Positions 10,817-22,046 are shown, numbered from the stretch's first letter. The stretch: DNA of 64,000 nt from a virus (IMGVR_UViG_3300033146_001150:4595-68594); one strand, 5' to 3'. A program made the numbers and translations. The notes: generated by a model from the sequence alone, not told the origin.

Positions 10817-12013
10817 ATGAATACATTACCGACCTCAGACCTTGATAGCTTTAAACAACAATTAGGTGCACCGAATACTAAATTTTCAGATGTAGCATCA
10901 ACTCCACCACCAAAACCAATTCCAGAAAAAAAGAATATTGTATTAGCTTATAATAGTGATTATACTGGATGTGGTCATATACGCACCATTTTTCCGTTAA
11001 GTTATATGAATTCTATTTTTGGTAAACGTGGAGATTTACAAATTTTAGTATCTCCATTTATGATATTTCAACCAGATGTTCTACGTAGAACTAGAACTAT
11101 ATTGTTTCAACGCACTATGGGTGGAAATACTACAGAAATTATACAATATTATAAGAAATTGCAAAAAGAGTACGGATTTAAGATGGTGTATGATATTGAC
11201 GATTTCATTTGGAAGGGTGATGCTGAAGGTGAATGTATCCCGGATTATAACTTTGGGTCTAATAATATAACTGAAGCAGTGCGAAAAAGTTCTATTGATA
11301 ATATGCTTCTAATGGATACTGTTTGTGTTACTTCACCTTTCTTAAAGGATTATATAGCTAAATTAGGTATTGATCGACAAAAAATTGAAATTGTTCAAAA
11401 TACTCTACCTCAATTCTTTTGGGGTACAGAGCAAAAAGCTCCAATCACCGAGAAGATCAAAAAACCAAAAATATTATGGTCTGCTAGTCCAACTCACTGG
11501 GATAATGAAAACAAATTATATGGTGATATGGATAATGCATGGCGTGAGTGGATTATTGAATCTGTTAATGCTGATAAAATTGATTTCGTTCAAATGGGAG
11601 GATTGCCTTGGTTCTTTGAAGAGATTAAAGATAAAATTACTATATTAGATTGGGTCCCTTCGTATCATTATCATTTGGCTGTTAAAGGGGTTGGTGCTGA
11701 TTTTGGTATATCTCCATTAGTACCTAACTATTTTAATTACTCTAAGAGTCCTATTAAATATCAAGAGTATTGTGTTGCTGGTATTGTTGGTATCGGTACT
11801 GTATTTTCTAATGGTAATATGTCTCCATATGATGATGCTAAAGTTGTAGTTAAAGATACCGTAACTAAAGAAGAAATAACTAAACTAATTGATTCTTTAT
11901 GTGAACCTGACACTTATAATAAAATAATCCAAGATCAGTATAAACAAGTAATAGATGAGGATTGGATTACTGAAAGTGCTGGATATATTAATAAAATGAC
12001 AAGTATATTATAA
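10817..12013 (+). CDS. glycosyltransferase (GT-B-like)
   Basis: GCGHIRT, YDIDDF, ISPL...FNYSKSPIKYQEY. Confidence 0.75.
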   Translation: MNTLPTSDLDSFKQQLGAPNTKFSDVASTPPPKPIPEKKNIVLAYNSDYTGCGHIRTIFPLSYMNSIFGKRGDLQILVSPFMIFQPDVLRRTRTILFQRTMGGNTTEIIQYYKKLQKEYGFKMVYDIDDFIWKGDAEGECIPDYNFGSNNITEAVRKSSIDNMLLMDTVCVTSPFLKDYIAKLGIDRQKIEIVQNTLPQFFWGTEQKAPITEKIKKPKILWSASPTHWDNENKLYGDMDNAWREWIIESVNADKIDFVQMGGLPWFFEEIKDKITILDWVPSYHYHLAVKGVGADFGISPLVPNYFNYSKSPIKYQEYCVAGIVGIGTVFSNGNMSPYDDAKVVVKDTVTKEEITKLIDSLCEPDTYNKIIQDQYKQVIDEDWITESAGYINKMTSIL

Positions 12014-12019
12014 AATCAC

Positions 12020-12048
12020 TTGACATAATCATAAACATGGTGTATATT
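12020..12048 (+). promoter_or_regulatory. sigma70-like promoter
   Basis: TTGACA-N17-TATATT. Confidence 0.7.
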
Positions 12049-12087
12049 TATTTAAGTATATGCCATGTTTTTTATTTAGGAGTATAA

Positions 12088-12972
12088 ATGAAGGTTCACC
12101 CAGAAGCAAAAGTGTTATCAATATCTCATAACGATTTAGATGGTGTTGGTGCTCAAATAGTACTAGGTGCTATTTTTAAAAATATACAATATATCAATGT
12201 ATCATATAAAGAAATTGATGATGCCTTAGTGAATTTAGATGAAACTAAGTATGATTTTATATTTGTTACTGATATTTCACCATCAGTTAAAGAGTTATTA
12301 TATAGATTTGATAATCTGATGTTGATCGATCACCACCAAAACTTAGAGAACGACCCCTCACATAACATCCATATCAATCATAAGTATTCTGGTACTTATT
12401 TGACTTGGAAATATTTAATTCATAAGTATGGAGACTCTGTTCTAGGTAGATATGAGAAGTTGGTGACGCTAATAAATGATTATGATATGTGGATTTTAAA
12501 GTATAAAGCTAGTAAAGCATTAAACGATCTATATACAAATTATCATGCTGATAAGTTTAGACGAAGATTTCGTAGTGGTAAACTTAAATTAAAAGAATCT
12601 GAAAAAGAGTATCTACAGCGTATAGAAGATTCGTTTAATAAGAAATATAATGAACTAGAGATATTTGATTTTGATAATATAAATGCCTGTTATTTTTTAT
12701 CAGATAGTCTTGTTAATGAGTTATCTCATAAACTTCTTCATGATAAAGGTTATGATTTTGTGTTTTTCAACACTATGTATTCGTATAAATTATCAATTCG
12801 CCATAAGATTCCAGATTTTAATATGGGTGCTATTCTTAAAGAATTAGGTTGGGGTGGTGGACATAAACAAGCTTGTGGTATTGATGGGTCTACTGCTGAG
12901 GAGTTAAATGATAATTTAAATAAAATAGAAGAATTATTATACGATAAATTACCTGAAATACGAAAGAACTGA
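12088..12972 (+). CDS. DHH/DHHA1 family phosphoesterase
   Basis: HNDLDG, TD, DHH and GGGH motifs. Confidence 0.88.
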   Translation: MKVHPEAKVLSISHNDLDGVGAQIVLGAIFKNIQYINVSYKEIDDALVNLDETKYDFIFVTDISPSVKELLYRFDNLMLIDHHQNLENDPSHNIHINHKYSGTYLTWKYLIHKYGDSVLGRYEKLVTLINDYDMWILKYKASKALNDLYTNYHADKFRRRFRSGKLKLKESEKEYLQRIEDSFNKKYNELEIFDFDNINACYFLSDSLVNELSHKLLHDKGYDFVFFNTMYSYKLSIRHKIPDFNMGAILKELGWGGGHKQACGIDGSTAEELNDNLNKIEELLYDKLPEIRKN

Positions 12973-12973
12973 A

Positions 12974-15616
12974 ATGAACGGATTCAAAAATATACACTAC
13001 GATAACTCTCATAATAGAATATATTTATGGGAGAATGGTGAAGATGGTAAGACTAATAGATTTAAAGATACTCCTGAAATTGAATATTATGTCACTGATA
13101 AATCAAACACGTCTAAGATTAAAGATATATGGGGGAATTCTGTAGTAAAAAAGACTGCTAAAAATACATATACTTTACGAAAAACATTAGAATCTGATGA
13201 CATCGTTACATGTGAAGCAAAACTTCAACAAGATATGAAATTTCTTCAAAAGAGATATGGTGATAAAGATTTAACATATGATATGGATGATTTTCAGATA
13301 TGTACTATAGATATTGAATTAGCAGTTGGTGACAAACCTAAACCATTCGCTGAGATGGTAGAGGATTGTGATACTCCTATTAATCTAATAACGGTACATT
13401 TTTCTAAAGATGATAGTGTTCATACATTTGGTACAACAGAATATACTGGAAATTCTGATACAGTAGGAACTTATCATTATATACCAGATGAATCTATGAT
13501 GCTCACTAAATTCATTAAGATGTTTAGACGTAAAAAAGTAGATATCATCACTGGTTGGAATAGTAGATTCTTTGATATTAGATATATTGTAGATAGATGT
13601 CGTATGTTAGATGTTACCGTATCATTGTCTCCGCTAAATAAAGAGATAGAATCTAAGATGCGTGATAACTTTGGTGGTACTATTAAATATTATAAGATTC
13701 CTGGTGTAGCTCAGTTAGATAGCCAAGAGTTATATAAAAAATTTACATTTATTAAAGAGGTTAATTATAAATTAAATTATATCGGTAATAAGGTTACAGG
13801 TGAAGGTAAATTAGATCTGGATGGATCGGTAACTCAAATTTATAAGACTAATTGGAATCAATTTGTTGAGTATAACATACAAGACGTAATGCTCGTTAAA
13901 AAGATAAATGATACTAAAAAGTTTATTGATTTGACTGTTAATATATGCTATCAGTCATTAATACCTTTTGAAAGTATTTTTTCATCAATTCCTGTTATTA
14001 CTGGTTATATTGTTAGATACCTACATAAGTTTGGGTTAGTTATGCCCGACTCTAAAGGTGGTGAGAAAGAATCTTATCCAGGTGCTTATGTTAAATCTAT
14101 GCGAGGTATGTATAAATACTTAGTTTCGTATGACTTTGAAAGTCTATACCCTACTATTATGCGTATGTTTAATATCAGCCCAGAAACATTAGTATTTAAC
14201 CCTACTGAAGAACAGTTACGTACTATGGATTTGATAAAAACTCCAGCATCTACTATGTATGAATGTGAGACTCCTAAAGGTGAGTTTAAAGTTTCTGGTA
14301 TATATTATGATAAATCTAAAAGAGGAATTCTTCCTCAAATTGTAGAGACTATCTTTAATGAACGTAAATACTTTAAACAGAAGATGAAGATTGCTAAAGG
14401 TATTAGTAAAGGATTCACTCAGGAACATATAGCAAAAGACACTCATATGTCTATTGAATTGGTTAATAAGTTATATGATGAAGTTATGGAAGAGGGTTTT
14501 GATGCTGATTATTATGACTCTCAACAGCACATCAGAAAAATTTTGATCAACTCAATATATGGGGTTCTTGGTAATAGACACTTCGCATTTTATAATATCA
14601 AGAATGCTATGGCTATTACTATTGCTGGTCGTGATGTTATTCAATATGTAACGGATAGCGTTAATGATTATTTCATTAACTATTGGCATAAACACGCTCA
14701 CAGATATCTTCCTGAATTAAAAGGGGTTGATATTAAACCTATGAGTAAGGATTCTGTTCCTGTTGTTGATACTGATTCTAACTATATATGTTTAGATGAA
14801 TTATTATCTAATATGAACATTACATTTGAAACCAATGAAGAATATAGATTATGGGTTGATAGATTTGATCAATTGTTCTTAACTCCATTCTTTAAGAAGA
14901 TTTTAGCTATATATGCTAAAAAATATAATGCTGATAATCTTCATAACTTTAAAAGGGAAAAGATTATTATTCGTAAGTTAGTGTCACAGAAAAAACGATA
15001 TGCTGATATTGTGATTGAAAATGAAGGTGATGTGTATGAAACTCCTAAATTGTCAATTACAGGTCTTGATATTGTTAAGTCGTCAACTCCTATGTTTTGT
15101 CGTACTAATCTTAAAGATGCATTATATTATATGATGATGACTTCTGACAGAGACAAAACCACGGATATACTTCGTGATATATATGAAGAATTTAAGGCAT
15201 CTGATATTGAGCAAATTTCATCTCCTCGTAGAGTGAATAACTACACTAAGTATGCAGAATCATTAGATTATTATGAAACTAATGGTGTGTTTATTAAAAA
15301 AGGAACACCTCAGCATGTAAAATCTTCTATATACTATAACCATGTAGTTAATATTAAAAAGATAAAAGGTCAATCTTTTATTGAAAATGGTAATGACATA
15401 AAATATATTTATGTTAATCCCGATAATATAGTTAGGTCACCGACCATAGCATTTTCCGGGAAATACCCAGAGGAGTTTAAGAGTATATTTAATATTGATT
15501 ATAATGCTCAATGGAATAAAACTTTTCTTAATACCATGAATGATTTTTTCGACATTATGGGTTGGGGTAAGGTGACATTAGAAAAAAATAATTTAGATGA
15601 TTTTATAACATTTTAA
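12974..15616 (+). CDS. family B DNA polymerase (gp43-like)
   Basis: DIE exonuclease motif, DFESLYP, KILINSIYG, DTDS, KKRY. Confidence 0.96.
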   Translation: MNGFKNIHYDNSHNRIYLWENGEDGKTNRFKDTPEIEYYVTDKSNTSKIKDIWGNSVVKKTAKNTYTLRKTLESDDIVTCEAKLQQDMKFLQKRYGDKDLTYDMDDFQICTIDIELAVGDKPKPFAEMVEDCDTPINLITVHFSKDDSVHTFGTTEYTGNSDTVGTYHYIPDESMMLTKFIKMFRRKKVDIITGWNSRFFDIRYIVDRCRMLDVTVSLSPLNKEIESKMRDNFGGTIKYYKIPGVAQLDSQELYKKFTFIKEVNYKLNYIGNKVTGEGKLDLDGSVTQIYKTNWNQFVEYNIQDVMLVKKINDTKKFIDLTVNICYQSLIPFESIFSSIPVITGYIVRYLHKFGLVMPDSKGGEKESYPGAYVKSMRGMYKYLVSYDFESLYPTIMRMFNISPETLVFNPTEEQLRTMDLIKTPASTMYECETPKGEFKVSGIYYDKSKRGILPQIVETIFNERKYFKQKMKIAKGISKGFTQEHIAKDTHMSIELVNKLYDEVMEEGFDADYYDSQQHIRKILINSIYGVLGNRHFAFYNIKNAMAITIAGRDVIQYVTDSVNDYFINYWHKHAHRYLPELKGVDIKPMSKDSVPVVDTDSNYICLDELLSNMNITFETNEEYRLWVDRFDQLFLTPFFKKILAIYAKKYNADNLHNFKREKIIIRKLVSQKKRYADIVIENEGDVYETPKLSITGLDIVKSSTPMFCRTNLKDALYYMMMTSDRDKTTDILRDIYEEFKASDIEQISSPRRVNNYTKYAESLDYYETNGVFIKKGTPQHVKSSIYYNHVVNIKKIKGQSFIENGNDIKYIYVNPDNIVRSPTIAFSGKYPEEFKSIFNIDYNAQWNKTFLNTMNDFFDIMGWGKVTLEKNNLDDFITF

Positions 15617-15630
15617 GGTAAGGGACCATT

Positions 15631-16695
15631 ATGAGTAAACAAAATATCTATGATATGATATTAAAAGACAAGGGGGAGAAGGGGAGAAAACCTCTTCTCG
15701 ACTCTCTATATGATTTTGACAATGATGCTGTTGAATTCCTAACAACAAATTCAATCGCACTCAATTTATTGTTTAGTGGTAAAGTTCGTGGTGGGATTCC
15801 TATGGGTCATATGAGTATGATTTCAGCACCATCCCAGTTGGGTAAATCTATTATAGGTGCTAATATCATCAAGAATGCTCAAAAAAAGGATATGAATGTT
15901 GTTGTTATTGATACTGAACGGGCATTTAAAAAGTCTTTAGCTAAGGCTCTAAATATTGACACGTCACCTGATAAACTCCAAGTGTTTCGTACAAGTGATA
16001 TGTTCCGTATAGAAGAGATTATAGCTTCTATCACTGATAAAATCCCTGAGAGTGAACGTAAAAATACTTTATTTGTTCTTGATAGTTGGGGTACGTTAGT
16101 TACTACTAGAACAAAAACTAATGCGTTAAAAGGTAATGATGTTATGGATATGAGCGAACCTAAGATGAAAAACAGATTGGCTAATATCATTCTAAATAGC
16201 GGAGCTACATTTTTTATTGTTAATCATGTATATGATAACACTGGTGGTTTTGGTGATCCATTAAATATACCAGGAGGTCGTAAGGTCACTTTTAATTGTG
16301 AAACTGTTGTTCTTGGTATGAGTAGAGCTAAAGATAATAAGAATGCCGATAAAGAAGTTATGGGTCATTTTATCACAGCTAAAACATTTAAATCTAGATT
16401 TTCTAAAGGAGAATCTAAATTGACATACCGACTTAAATATTCTGGTGGACTAGATCCATTTTATGGTATATTGCCTGATGCTATAGATGCTGGTGTAGTT
16501 ATACGAGAGGGTCAAAAATATAGAGCTAAAAATGGAACAAAAAAATGGTTCGAGAAAGATTTATATTGTGTTGATTTTTGGCGAGATGTATTTAGTGATG
16601 ATGTATTTAGTGATTATTTATCTAATAAATATCAATTCACTGAAGAAGCGGCATCTGTCACCGAAGATGAATTTTTATCTACAATTTTTGATTAA
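15631..16695 (+). CDS. uvsX: UvsX/RecA-like recombinase
   Basis: P-loop APSQLGKS, DTE, LDS, NHVY, GG. Confidence 0.88.
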   Translation: MSKQNIYDMILKDKGEKGRKPLLDSLYDFDNDAVEFLTTNSIALNLLFSGKVRGGIPMGHMSMISAPSQLGKSIIGANIIKNAQKKDMNVVVIDTERAFKKSLAKALNIDTSPDKLQVFRTSDMFRIEEIIASITDKIPESERKNTLFVLDSWGTLVTTRTKTNALKGNDVMDMSEPKMKNRLANIILNSGATFFIVNHVYDNTGGFGDPLNIPGGRKVTFNCETVVLGMSRAKDNKNADKEVMGHFITAKTFKSRFSKGESKLTYRLKYSGGLDPFYGILPDAIDAGVVIREGQKYRAKNGTKKWFEKDLYCVDFWRDVFSDDVFSDYLSNKYQFTEEAASVTEDEFLSTIFD

Positions 16696-16705
16696 TGAGG
16701 AATGA

Positions 16706-18076
16706 ATGTCTGATTTTGATACTAATATTGAAAATTCAATAATAAAGTATTTATATCTTAATAAAACAGTACGGGATAAAGTGGTCCCGTACTTTAACTT
16801 CTCTATATTTGAGTTAGTGGAAAATATAGAAATTATGAAGTATATTAAGAAGTTTATGGAAAAATATGGGAAGTTTCCAACACCAAAAGAAACTAAAATG
16901 ACTATACAGAACCCTGAGTTGTATGAACACCTTAAAAGGTGTATTAATATAGACAACGATGGTATATCTGATGAAATCATGTTAGAGGAAATTGAAACAT
17001 ATATAAAAGAAAAATGTGTCATTGATGTTATTGTTGATACTATGACTAAGGTACAAGATGGGGATATAGAAGCCGCCAATGCTTCTCCTGATCTTATGAG
17101 GGAGGCATTAGCTTTTTCATTCGATGACCGGGTTGGTATTGATATATTTTCACATGAGGATGAGGATTCAATTTTTAATTTTCTCCACAATAGAGAATAT
17201 GTTCTATCTTCAGGTCTTAAAGATTTTGATGCATTAATTGGTGGTGGGTTCCATGAAAAGTCATTAACTTTATTTATGGCAGAAACCAATATGGGTAAAT
17301 CTCTTATTATGACTGCATTGGCATCTAATAACATACTACAAGGTAAGAATGTATTATATGTGACGTATGAGATGTCTGAGTATAAAATAACAGAGAGAGT
17401 ACTCGCTAATATCTTTGATGTTGATTGTTCTAATTTAGATAAAATAACTAAAAAAGACTTTTCTCGTAGATTTGATAAGGCACGTAACCAAGTGCAAGGT
17501 AAATTTATTGTTAAAGAGTATGCCACTAAAGGTGGTAATGTTAATAATTTACGTTCTCTTTCTAAAGAACTTAAATTAAAAAAGAAATTTACTCCTGATA
17601 TAATTTATATTGATTATCTGGGAATCATGGCATCTGCTACGTCTAATCGAACGGATAATACTTATACTGAAATTAAACGTATTACTGAAGAAGTTCGTGG
17701 TCTTGCTGTTGAATTAGGTATTCCTATAGTATCTGCTATACAGACAAATAGGGATGGGTTTGGTAATGATAGTTTATCTCTCTCTAATGCGTCAGATTCT
17801 ATCGGTACTGTGTATACTGCTGATTTAGTTATAGCAGTAACTCAATCAGAATCATTACGTGAAGATGGTAAATATCTATGGACTCTACAAAAGAATAGAT
17901 ATGGTGAAAATCAAACTAGTTTACCAATAAGAGTAAATTATCCTAAAATGCGATTATCTAATGATAGTGATGATGACGATAGAAGTGTAAAAACAAATAA
18001 TAATAACACCATTAAAACTACCAACAATGACGGTGGGTTTAATGATAAAAGAAAAGTTGGGGTATCATTTGAGTGA
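16706..18076 (+). CDS. gp41-like replicative DnaB-family helicase
   Basis: AETNMGKS, IDYLGIM, AIQTNR, KNRYG. Confidence 0.92.
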   Translation: MSDFDTNIENSIIKYLYLNKTVRDKVVPYFNFSIFELVENIEIMKYIKKFMEKYGKFPTPKETKMTIQNPELYEHLKRCINIDNDGISDEIMLEEIETYIKEKCVIDVIVDTMTKVQDGDIEAANASPDLMREALAFSFDDRVGIDIFSHEDEDSIFNFLHNREYVLSSGLKDFDALIGGGFHEKSLTLFMAETNMGKSLIMTALASNNILQGKNVLYVTYEMSEYKITERVLANIFDVDCSNLDKITKKDFSRRFDKARNQVQGKFIVKEYATKGGNVNNLRSLSKELKLKKKFTPDIIYIDYLGIMASATSNRTDNTYTEIKRITEEVRGLAVELGIPIVSAIQTNRDGFGNDSLSLSNASDSIGTVYTADLVIAVTQSESLREDGKYLWTLQKNRYGENQTSLPIRVNYPKMRLSNDSDDDDRSVKTNNNNTIKTTNNDGGFNDKRKVGVSFE

Positions 18077-18452
18077 TATAGATGTTATATTAGCAAAAGA
18101 ATACGACTCATTTAAGAAAAATGAAGAAATTGTAGCAAAAAGTATTGACAATTCTGATTTTTTTGGTATAATGGAAGAGTACGGATTCCCGTATAGTAGA
18201 ATTAGTCGAATAGTTGATGGTGGGGTTTATTCATTTGACGAGCAACAAGAGTTCAACTTAACTTTGCAATCTATACATAAAGATCGTGGTATATCCATTA
18301 TCGATTGTATAGTATTTATTGAAGATAGTATCGTGTTAACTAAAATTATGAGAGTGCTAGACGGAGACACTAAATATATGTTAAAGATTGCTTTAGGCGA
18401 AAAATTCAATATTAATGTACCTAAAAGTAATATATATGATATTATTAGTTGA
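18027..18452 (+). CDS. hypothetical protein, possibly gp33-like late coactivator (true start probably TTG near 18069)
   Basis: SIIDCIVFIED resembles the gp33 core; lies just upstream of gp32. Confidence 0.35.
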   Translation: MTVGLMIKEKLGYHLSDIDVILAKEYDSFKKNEEIVAKSIDNSDFFGIMEEYGFPYSRISRIVDGGVYSFDEQQEFNLTLQSIHKDRGISIIDCIVFIEDSIVLTKIMRVLDGDTKYMLKIALGEKFNINVPKSNIYDIIS

Positions 18453-18477
18453 CATTGGCTATTACATAATATATATT
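18449..18477 (+). promoter_or_regulatory. sigma70-like promoter
   Basis: TTGACA-N17-TATATT. Confidence 0.7.
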
Positions 18478-18516
18478 AATACAGATTAAGAATTATTTAT
18501 TTATTAGGAGTTTTGT

Positions 18517-19392
18517 ATGACAGCAAAAAAATCTAAGTTTAAAAGAAATTGGTCAGCGGTGAATGATCGTATCCTTAGCAGAAACAAGAAGTTTAAAGAC
18601 GATGATCGTATTTATAAAATTAAATATGATACTTCTACGCACACATCAAAGGTTGTTATGCGTTTCCTCCCACCAATTAGTGAAGATGCTATGCCATATT
18701 CTCAGCAAGATAAGCACTTCTTCCAAGATACTGGTGGTTGGTTTATTGAGCCTTGTCCTACTACAATTGGTGGTAATTGTCCTGTATGCGATCATCTTAG
18801 AAAAGCTGACCTATATAATGTAGACAATCCTCTATATTTCGATAGAAAGAAGCAGGTAATTTTCTACACTAATGTTCTTATCATTGATGATTCAGTTACA
18901 CCATCTAATAATGGTAAAGTGTTTATCTATAAGTTTGGTAAGAAAATTATGGATAAAATTGAAGATAGTATTGATGATGGTCTTGAGGCTTGGGATGTGT
19001 ATGAGGGTGTAAACTTCACTATGTCTGCTAAAAAGAAAAATGCAAGTGCTATGGGTAGTTATGATGCATCTCGTTTTTCAGATAAACCAACTTCTCTAGA
19101 AGAATATGGTGATATTGATGATATTATGGCTATGCGACATAACATTGAAGATTTCGAAAATGAAGATAACTATAAGTCGTATGATGAACTTAAAGAGCGT
19201 TATCTTAAAGTTATTGGTGAAACTGATGGGGCTTCTGATGAAGCACCTAAACGCACTCGTGTTACTGAAGAGTCTCAGCAGGAATCAGTAGAGGATGTTA
19301 AACCTGAACCAACATCAACCATTGGCGATATGAATATGTTTGATGACGATGATGACGATGACGATGACTTTTTTGGTGCATTGGCTGATTAG
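18517..19392 (+). CDS. gp32-like single-stranded DNA-binding protein
   Basis: RFLPP, CPTT...CPVC, KFGKKI, acidic C-terminal tail. Confidence 0.93.
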   Translation: MTAKKSKFKRNWSAVNDRILSRNKKFKDDDRIYKIKYDTSTHTSKVVMRFLPPISEDAMPYSQQDKHFFQDTGGWFIEPCPTTIGGNCPVCDHLRKADLYNVDNPLYFDRKKQVIFYTNVLIIDDSVTPSNNGKVFIYKFGKKIMDKIEDSIDDGLEAWDVYEGVNFTMSAKKKNASAMGSYDASRFSDKPTSLEEYGDIDDIMAMRHNIEDFENEDNYKSYDELKERYLKVIGETDGASDEAPKRTRVTEESQQESVEDVKPEPTSTIGDMNMFDDDDDDDDDFFGALAD

Positions 19393-19429
19393 TAGCTGAT
19401 TAATAGCTAATGGTAAGTGTGGTAACGAT

Positions 19430-19462
19430 GGGGGTGTGTTTAATAGCACACCCCTTGATTTT
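19430..19462 (+). terminator. rho-independent terminator
   Basis: GGGGTGTG/CACACCCC stem followed by T-rich tail. Confidence 0.65.
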
Positions 19463-19475
19463 ATAGGGAGATTGA

Positions 19476-20456
19476 ATGGCTTTTGAAGTTAATGAATTTA
19501 TATTAGAAAAACATATTAAGATTGTTCTTAATTCATATTTTACTGATGTGTATGAGACTCATGATTCTTTTAATTTTAGATGTGCTATATGCGGTGATTC
19601 TAAAAAAGATAAATTCAAAAAACGAGGATATATCCTCAAATCGAAAACTCCGTGGGTTTATTATTGTCATAACTGCAACACTTCTATGTCTGCTATGAAA
19701 TGGATCAAAGAGTACTATCCAAGTAATTATAGATCATATATAAAAGAAGTTATGATAAATAAACCTAAATCTGATAATAATACATATAAAAATATAAAAA
19801 CTAGTAAAACTTTTGAGGATTATGATGAACGTGTAGATGTTCAGCATTTTAAATCTATATTAAAATTTCCCGATGCCGTAGAGTTTTGTGAAAATAGAAG
19901 AATCCCTAAAGAAGTTTATTCTAAATGGAAATATTGTGTTGATGGTAAATATGTTGGAAGAATAATCATAACCTTTTTAAACAAAGAAGGTAAACCTTAT
20001 TATTATCAGGGACGATCATTCAATAATAACAGTGGTATGAAGTATTTATCTAGGAAAGGTGATCATTGTTCTATATATAATTATTATAATGTTGATCCAG
20101 ATAAACCTGTTGTTATTTTAGAAGGACCTATTGATTCTATTTTTGTTGAAAACAGCATAGCAGTTACTGGTCTAAAATTGAAGAGCGATGATCTTGATAT
20201 ATTTAATGATAAATACTTTATGCTAGATAATGATGCTAGTGGATGGAGACAGTCTATAAAACGATTAAAACGTGGTGATTATGTCTTTAATTGGTCTAAA
20301 TTCCTATCAAACTATCATTTTACATCAAAAATTAAAGATGTTAATGATTTCATACTAGCCCAAGACCAAATAACACATCTAACATGGGATATGATAGAAC
20401 CATATTTCACAAAAAATATAAATGATAAGATATACTTTATAGGAGATAAATTATGA
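19476..20456 (+). CDS. gp61-like DNA primase
   Basis: FRCAICGDS, YCHNC, EGPIDS, DND, KDVND. Confidence 0.92.
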   Translation: MAFEVNEFILEKHIKIVLNSYFTDVYETHDSFNFRCAICGDSKKDKFKKRGYILKSKTPWVYYCHNCNTSMSAMKWIKEYYPSNYRSYIKEVMINKPKSDNNTYKNIKTSKTFEDYDERVDVQHFKSILKFPDAVEFCENRRIPKEVYSKWKYCVDGKYVGRIIITFLNKEGKPYYYQGRSFNNNSGMKYLSRKGDHCSIYNYYNVDPDKPVVILEGPIDSIFVENSIAVTGLKLKSDDLDIFNDKYFMLDNDASGWRQSIKRLKRGDYVFNWSKFLSNYHFTSKIKDVNDFILAQDQITHLTWDMIEPYFTKNINDKIYFIGDKL

Positions 20457-21142
20457 TAATTGTTGGAATTGACTACAGTATGTCGTCGCCGGGATTAGTA
20501 AAATGTGAACTTGATGATAATTTGGATATAATTAGATCTGATTATGCTGGATACAGCTCTGTATTAAAAACATCTAAGTTAGATTCAAATATAACACATT
20601 TCAAAAAAGAAATGTTTAATAATAATTTAGATAGATTTTTGAAGTTATCTCAACTGTCAATAGACTTTATTAATAGTTGGGGTACTCCTGATTATGTTGC
20701 TATTGAAGATTATGCTATGGGATCTAATTCTGGTATGAATTTCACTATAGGTGAAGCTACTATGGCTATGAAGACTTTAGTATATAATAGCGGTTCGAAA
20801 TTTAGATTATATTCGCCTTCTGCTATTAAAAAATTTGCCACTGGTAAAGGTAATGCTAAAAAATTTGATATGAAAGATGCTTATGATAAATTAGACCACC
20901 AATCAGTTGGTTATTTTGATTTAAGCCACCTACCGGAGAATAAAAACCCAAGTGAAGATATTATAGATGCTTATTGGATAATGACCTTACTTAAAACAGA
21001 ATTGAAGATTCGTGCTGGGTTAATATCATTAAAAGATTTAAATTTAAAACAAATAGAGGTGTTTAATTCAGTAACTAAAGGCAATCCAGAAAATTTATTA
21101 ACACGAGACTTCTTGACAAAGGAACATGATGAATTTAAATGA
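20453..21142 (+). CDS. RuvC-like Holliday junction resolvase
   Basis: GIDYS, IEDY, KKFATGKGNAKK, DIIDAY. Confidence 0.82.
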   Translation: MIIVGIDYSMSSPGLVKCELDDNLDIIRSDYAGYSSVLKTSKLDSNITHFKKEMFNNNLDRFLKLSQLSIDFINSWGTPDYVAIEDYAMGSNSGMNFTIGEATMAMKTLVYNSGSKFRLYSPSAIKKFATGKGNAKKFDMKDAYDKLDHQSVGYFDLSHLPENKNPSEDIIDAYWIMTLLKTELKIRAGLISLKDLNLKQIEVFNSVTKGNPENLLTRDFLTKEHDEFK

Positions 21143-22046
21143 TATTATGCAATTCACTGAACCTACTAAGACTTCAGGTAGAGTATTATTAATAGATGCT
21201 CATAATATAGCATATATGATGATATATGCTGGTGATATCAATGATTTTGAGGCATGGAAGAGTAATTTCTTATATAAAATATTTGTTACTATACGAGAAT
21301 TATCTCCTGAGAAAGTTGTTATTGCATTTGACTCTAAAAATTGTTGGAGATATTCTTTATATAAGGAGTATAAAGCTAATAGAGTAAAACAACATGGTAA
21401 ATATGTATTAGATAAAAAAGGATTTAATAGTGCTATTGATGATATGGTTGGAGATTTAAAAGCTATATTCCCTTGTATTCATACTTTACGTGTTGATAGA
21501 ACTGAAGGTGACGATATTATTGCTATATTAGCCACTCATGTGTTTAATAAAGAAAGCGAAGACGTTATTATAGTATCTCGTGATTCTGATTTAAATCAAT
21601 TGATATCATTACCTAATGTGTCTCAGTACAACCCACATAGCAAATCTATTGTTAATGTTCTTAATCCTAAAATGGAGTTAGAAGTTAAAATTATTAATGG
21701 GGATAGTGGTGATAATATTAAAGGCATTAAGAGGGGTGTTGGTATTAAGAAATCATCTGATATTGTTAAGAATAGTTCAATTGATGAGTTCATCGAGTCT
21801 CACGACACTCAATTAGAGCGAGACACTATACAAGAAGCCTATAACCTAAATAGAACTCTTATTGATTTATCATTTATACCTAACTCATTAAAGGATGATA
21901 TTATCCTTGCTTATGAAGAGGTTCCAGTTACTAAATATAAAGGTAAAACTGTTATGAAATATTTTACCTCTAATAAGATGAAGCGTTTATATAGATCATG
22001 GAGTCGTATATCAAAAACTTTAGATAAGTTGGTTGTTGATGAGTAA
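21126..22046 (+). CDS. rnh: T4 RNase H-like 5'-3' exonuclease
   Basis: LIDAHN, YKANR, EGDD, DSD, GDSGDNI. Confidence 0.88.
   Translation: MMNLNDIMQFTEPTKTSGRVLLIDAHNIAYMMIYAGDINDFEAWKSNFLYKIFVTIRELSPEKVVIAFDSKNCWRYSLYKEYKANRVKQHGKYVLDKKGFNSAIDDMVGDLKAIFPCIHTLRVDRTEGDDIIAILATHVFNKESEDVIIVSRDSDLNQLISLPNVSQYNPHSKSIVNVLNPKMELEVKIINGDSGDNIKGIKRGVGIKKSSDIVKNSSIDEFIESHDTQLERDTIQEAYNLNRTLIDLSFIPNSLKDDIILAYEEVPVTKYKGKTVMKYFTSNKMKRLYRSWSRISKTLDKLVVDE

Noticed and set aside
16675-17526. 283-aa antisense ORF and other antisense ORFs across the window
   Set aside because: They mirror well-supported genes on the opposite strand and show no motifs.
12974-18076. Inteins or introns in polymerase, UvsX or helicase
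   Set aside because: Lengths are normal and no splice-junction motifs were seen.
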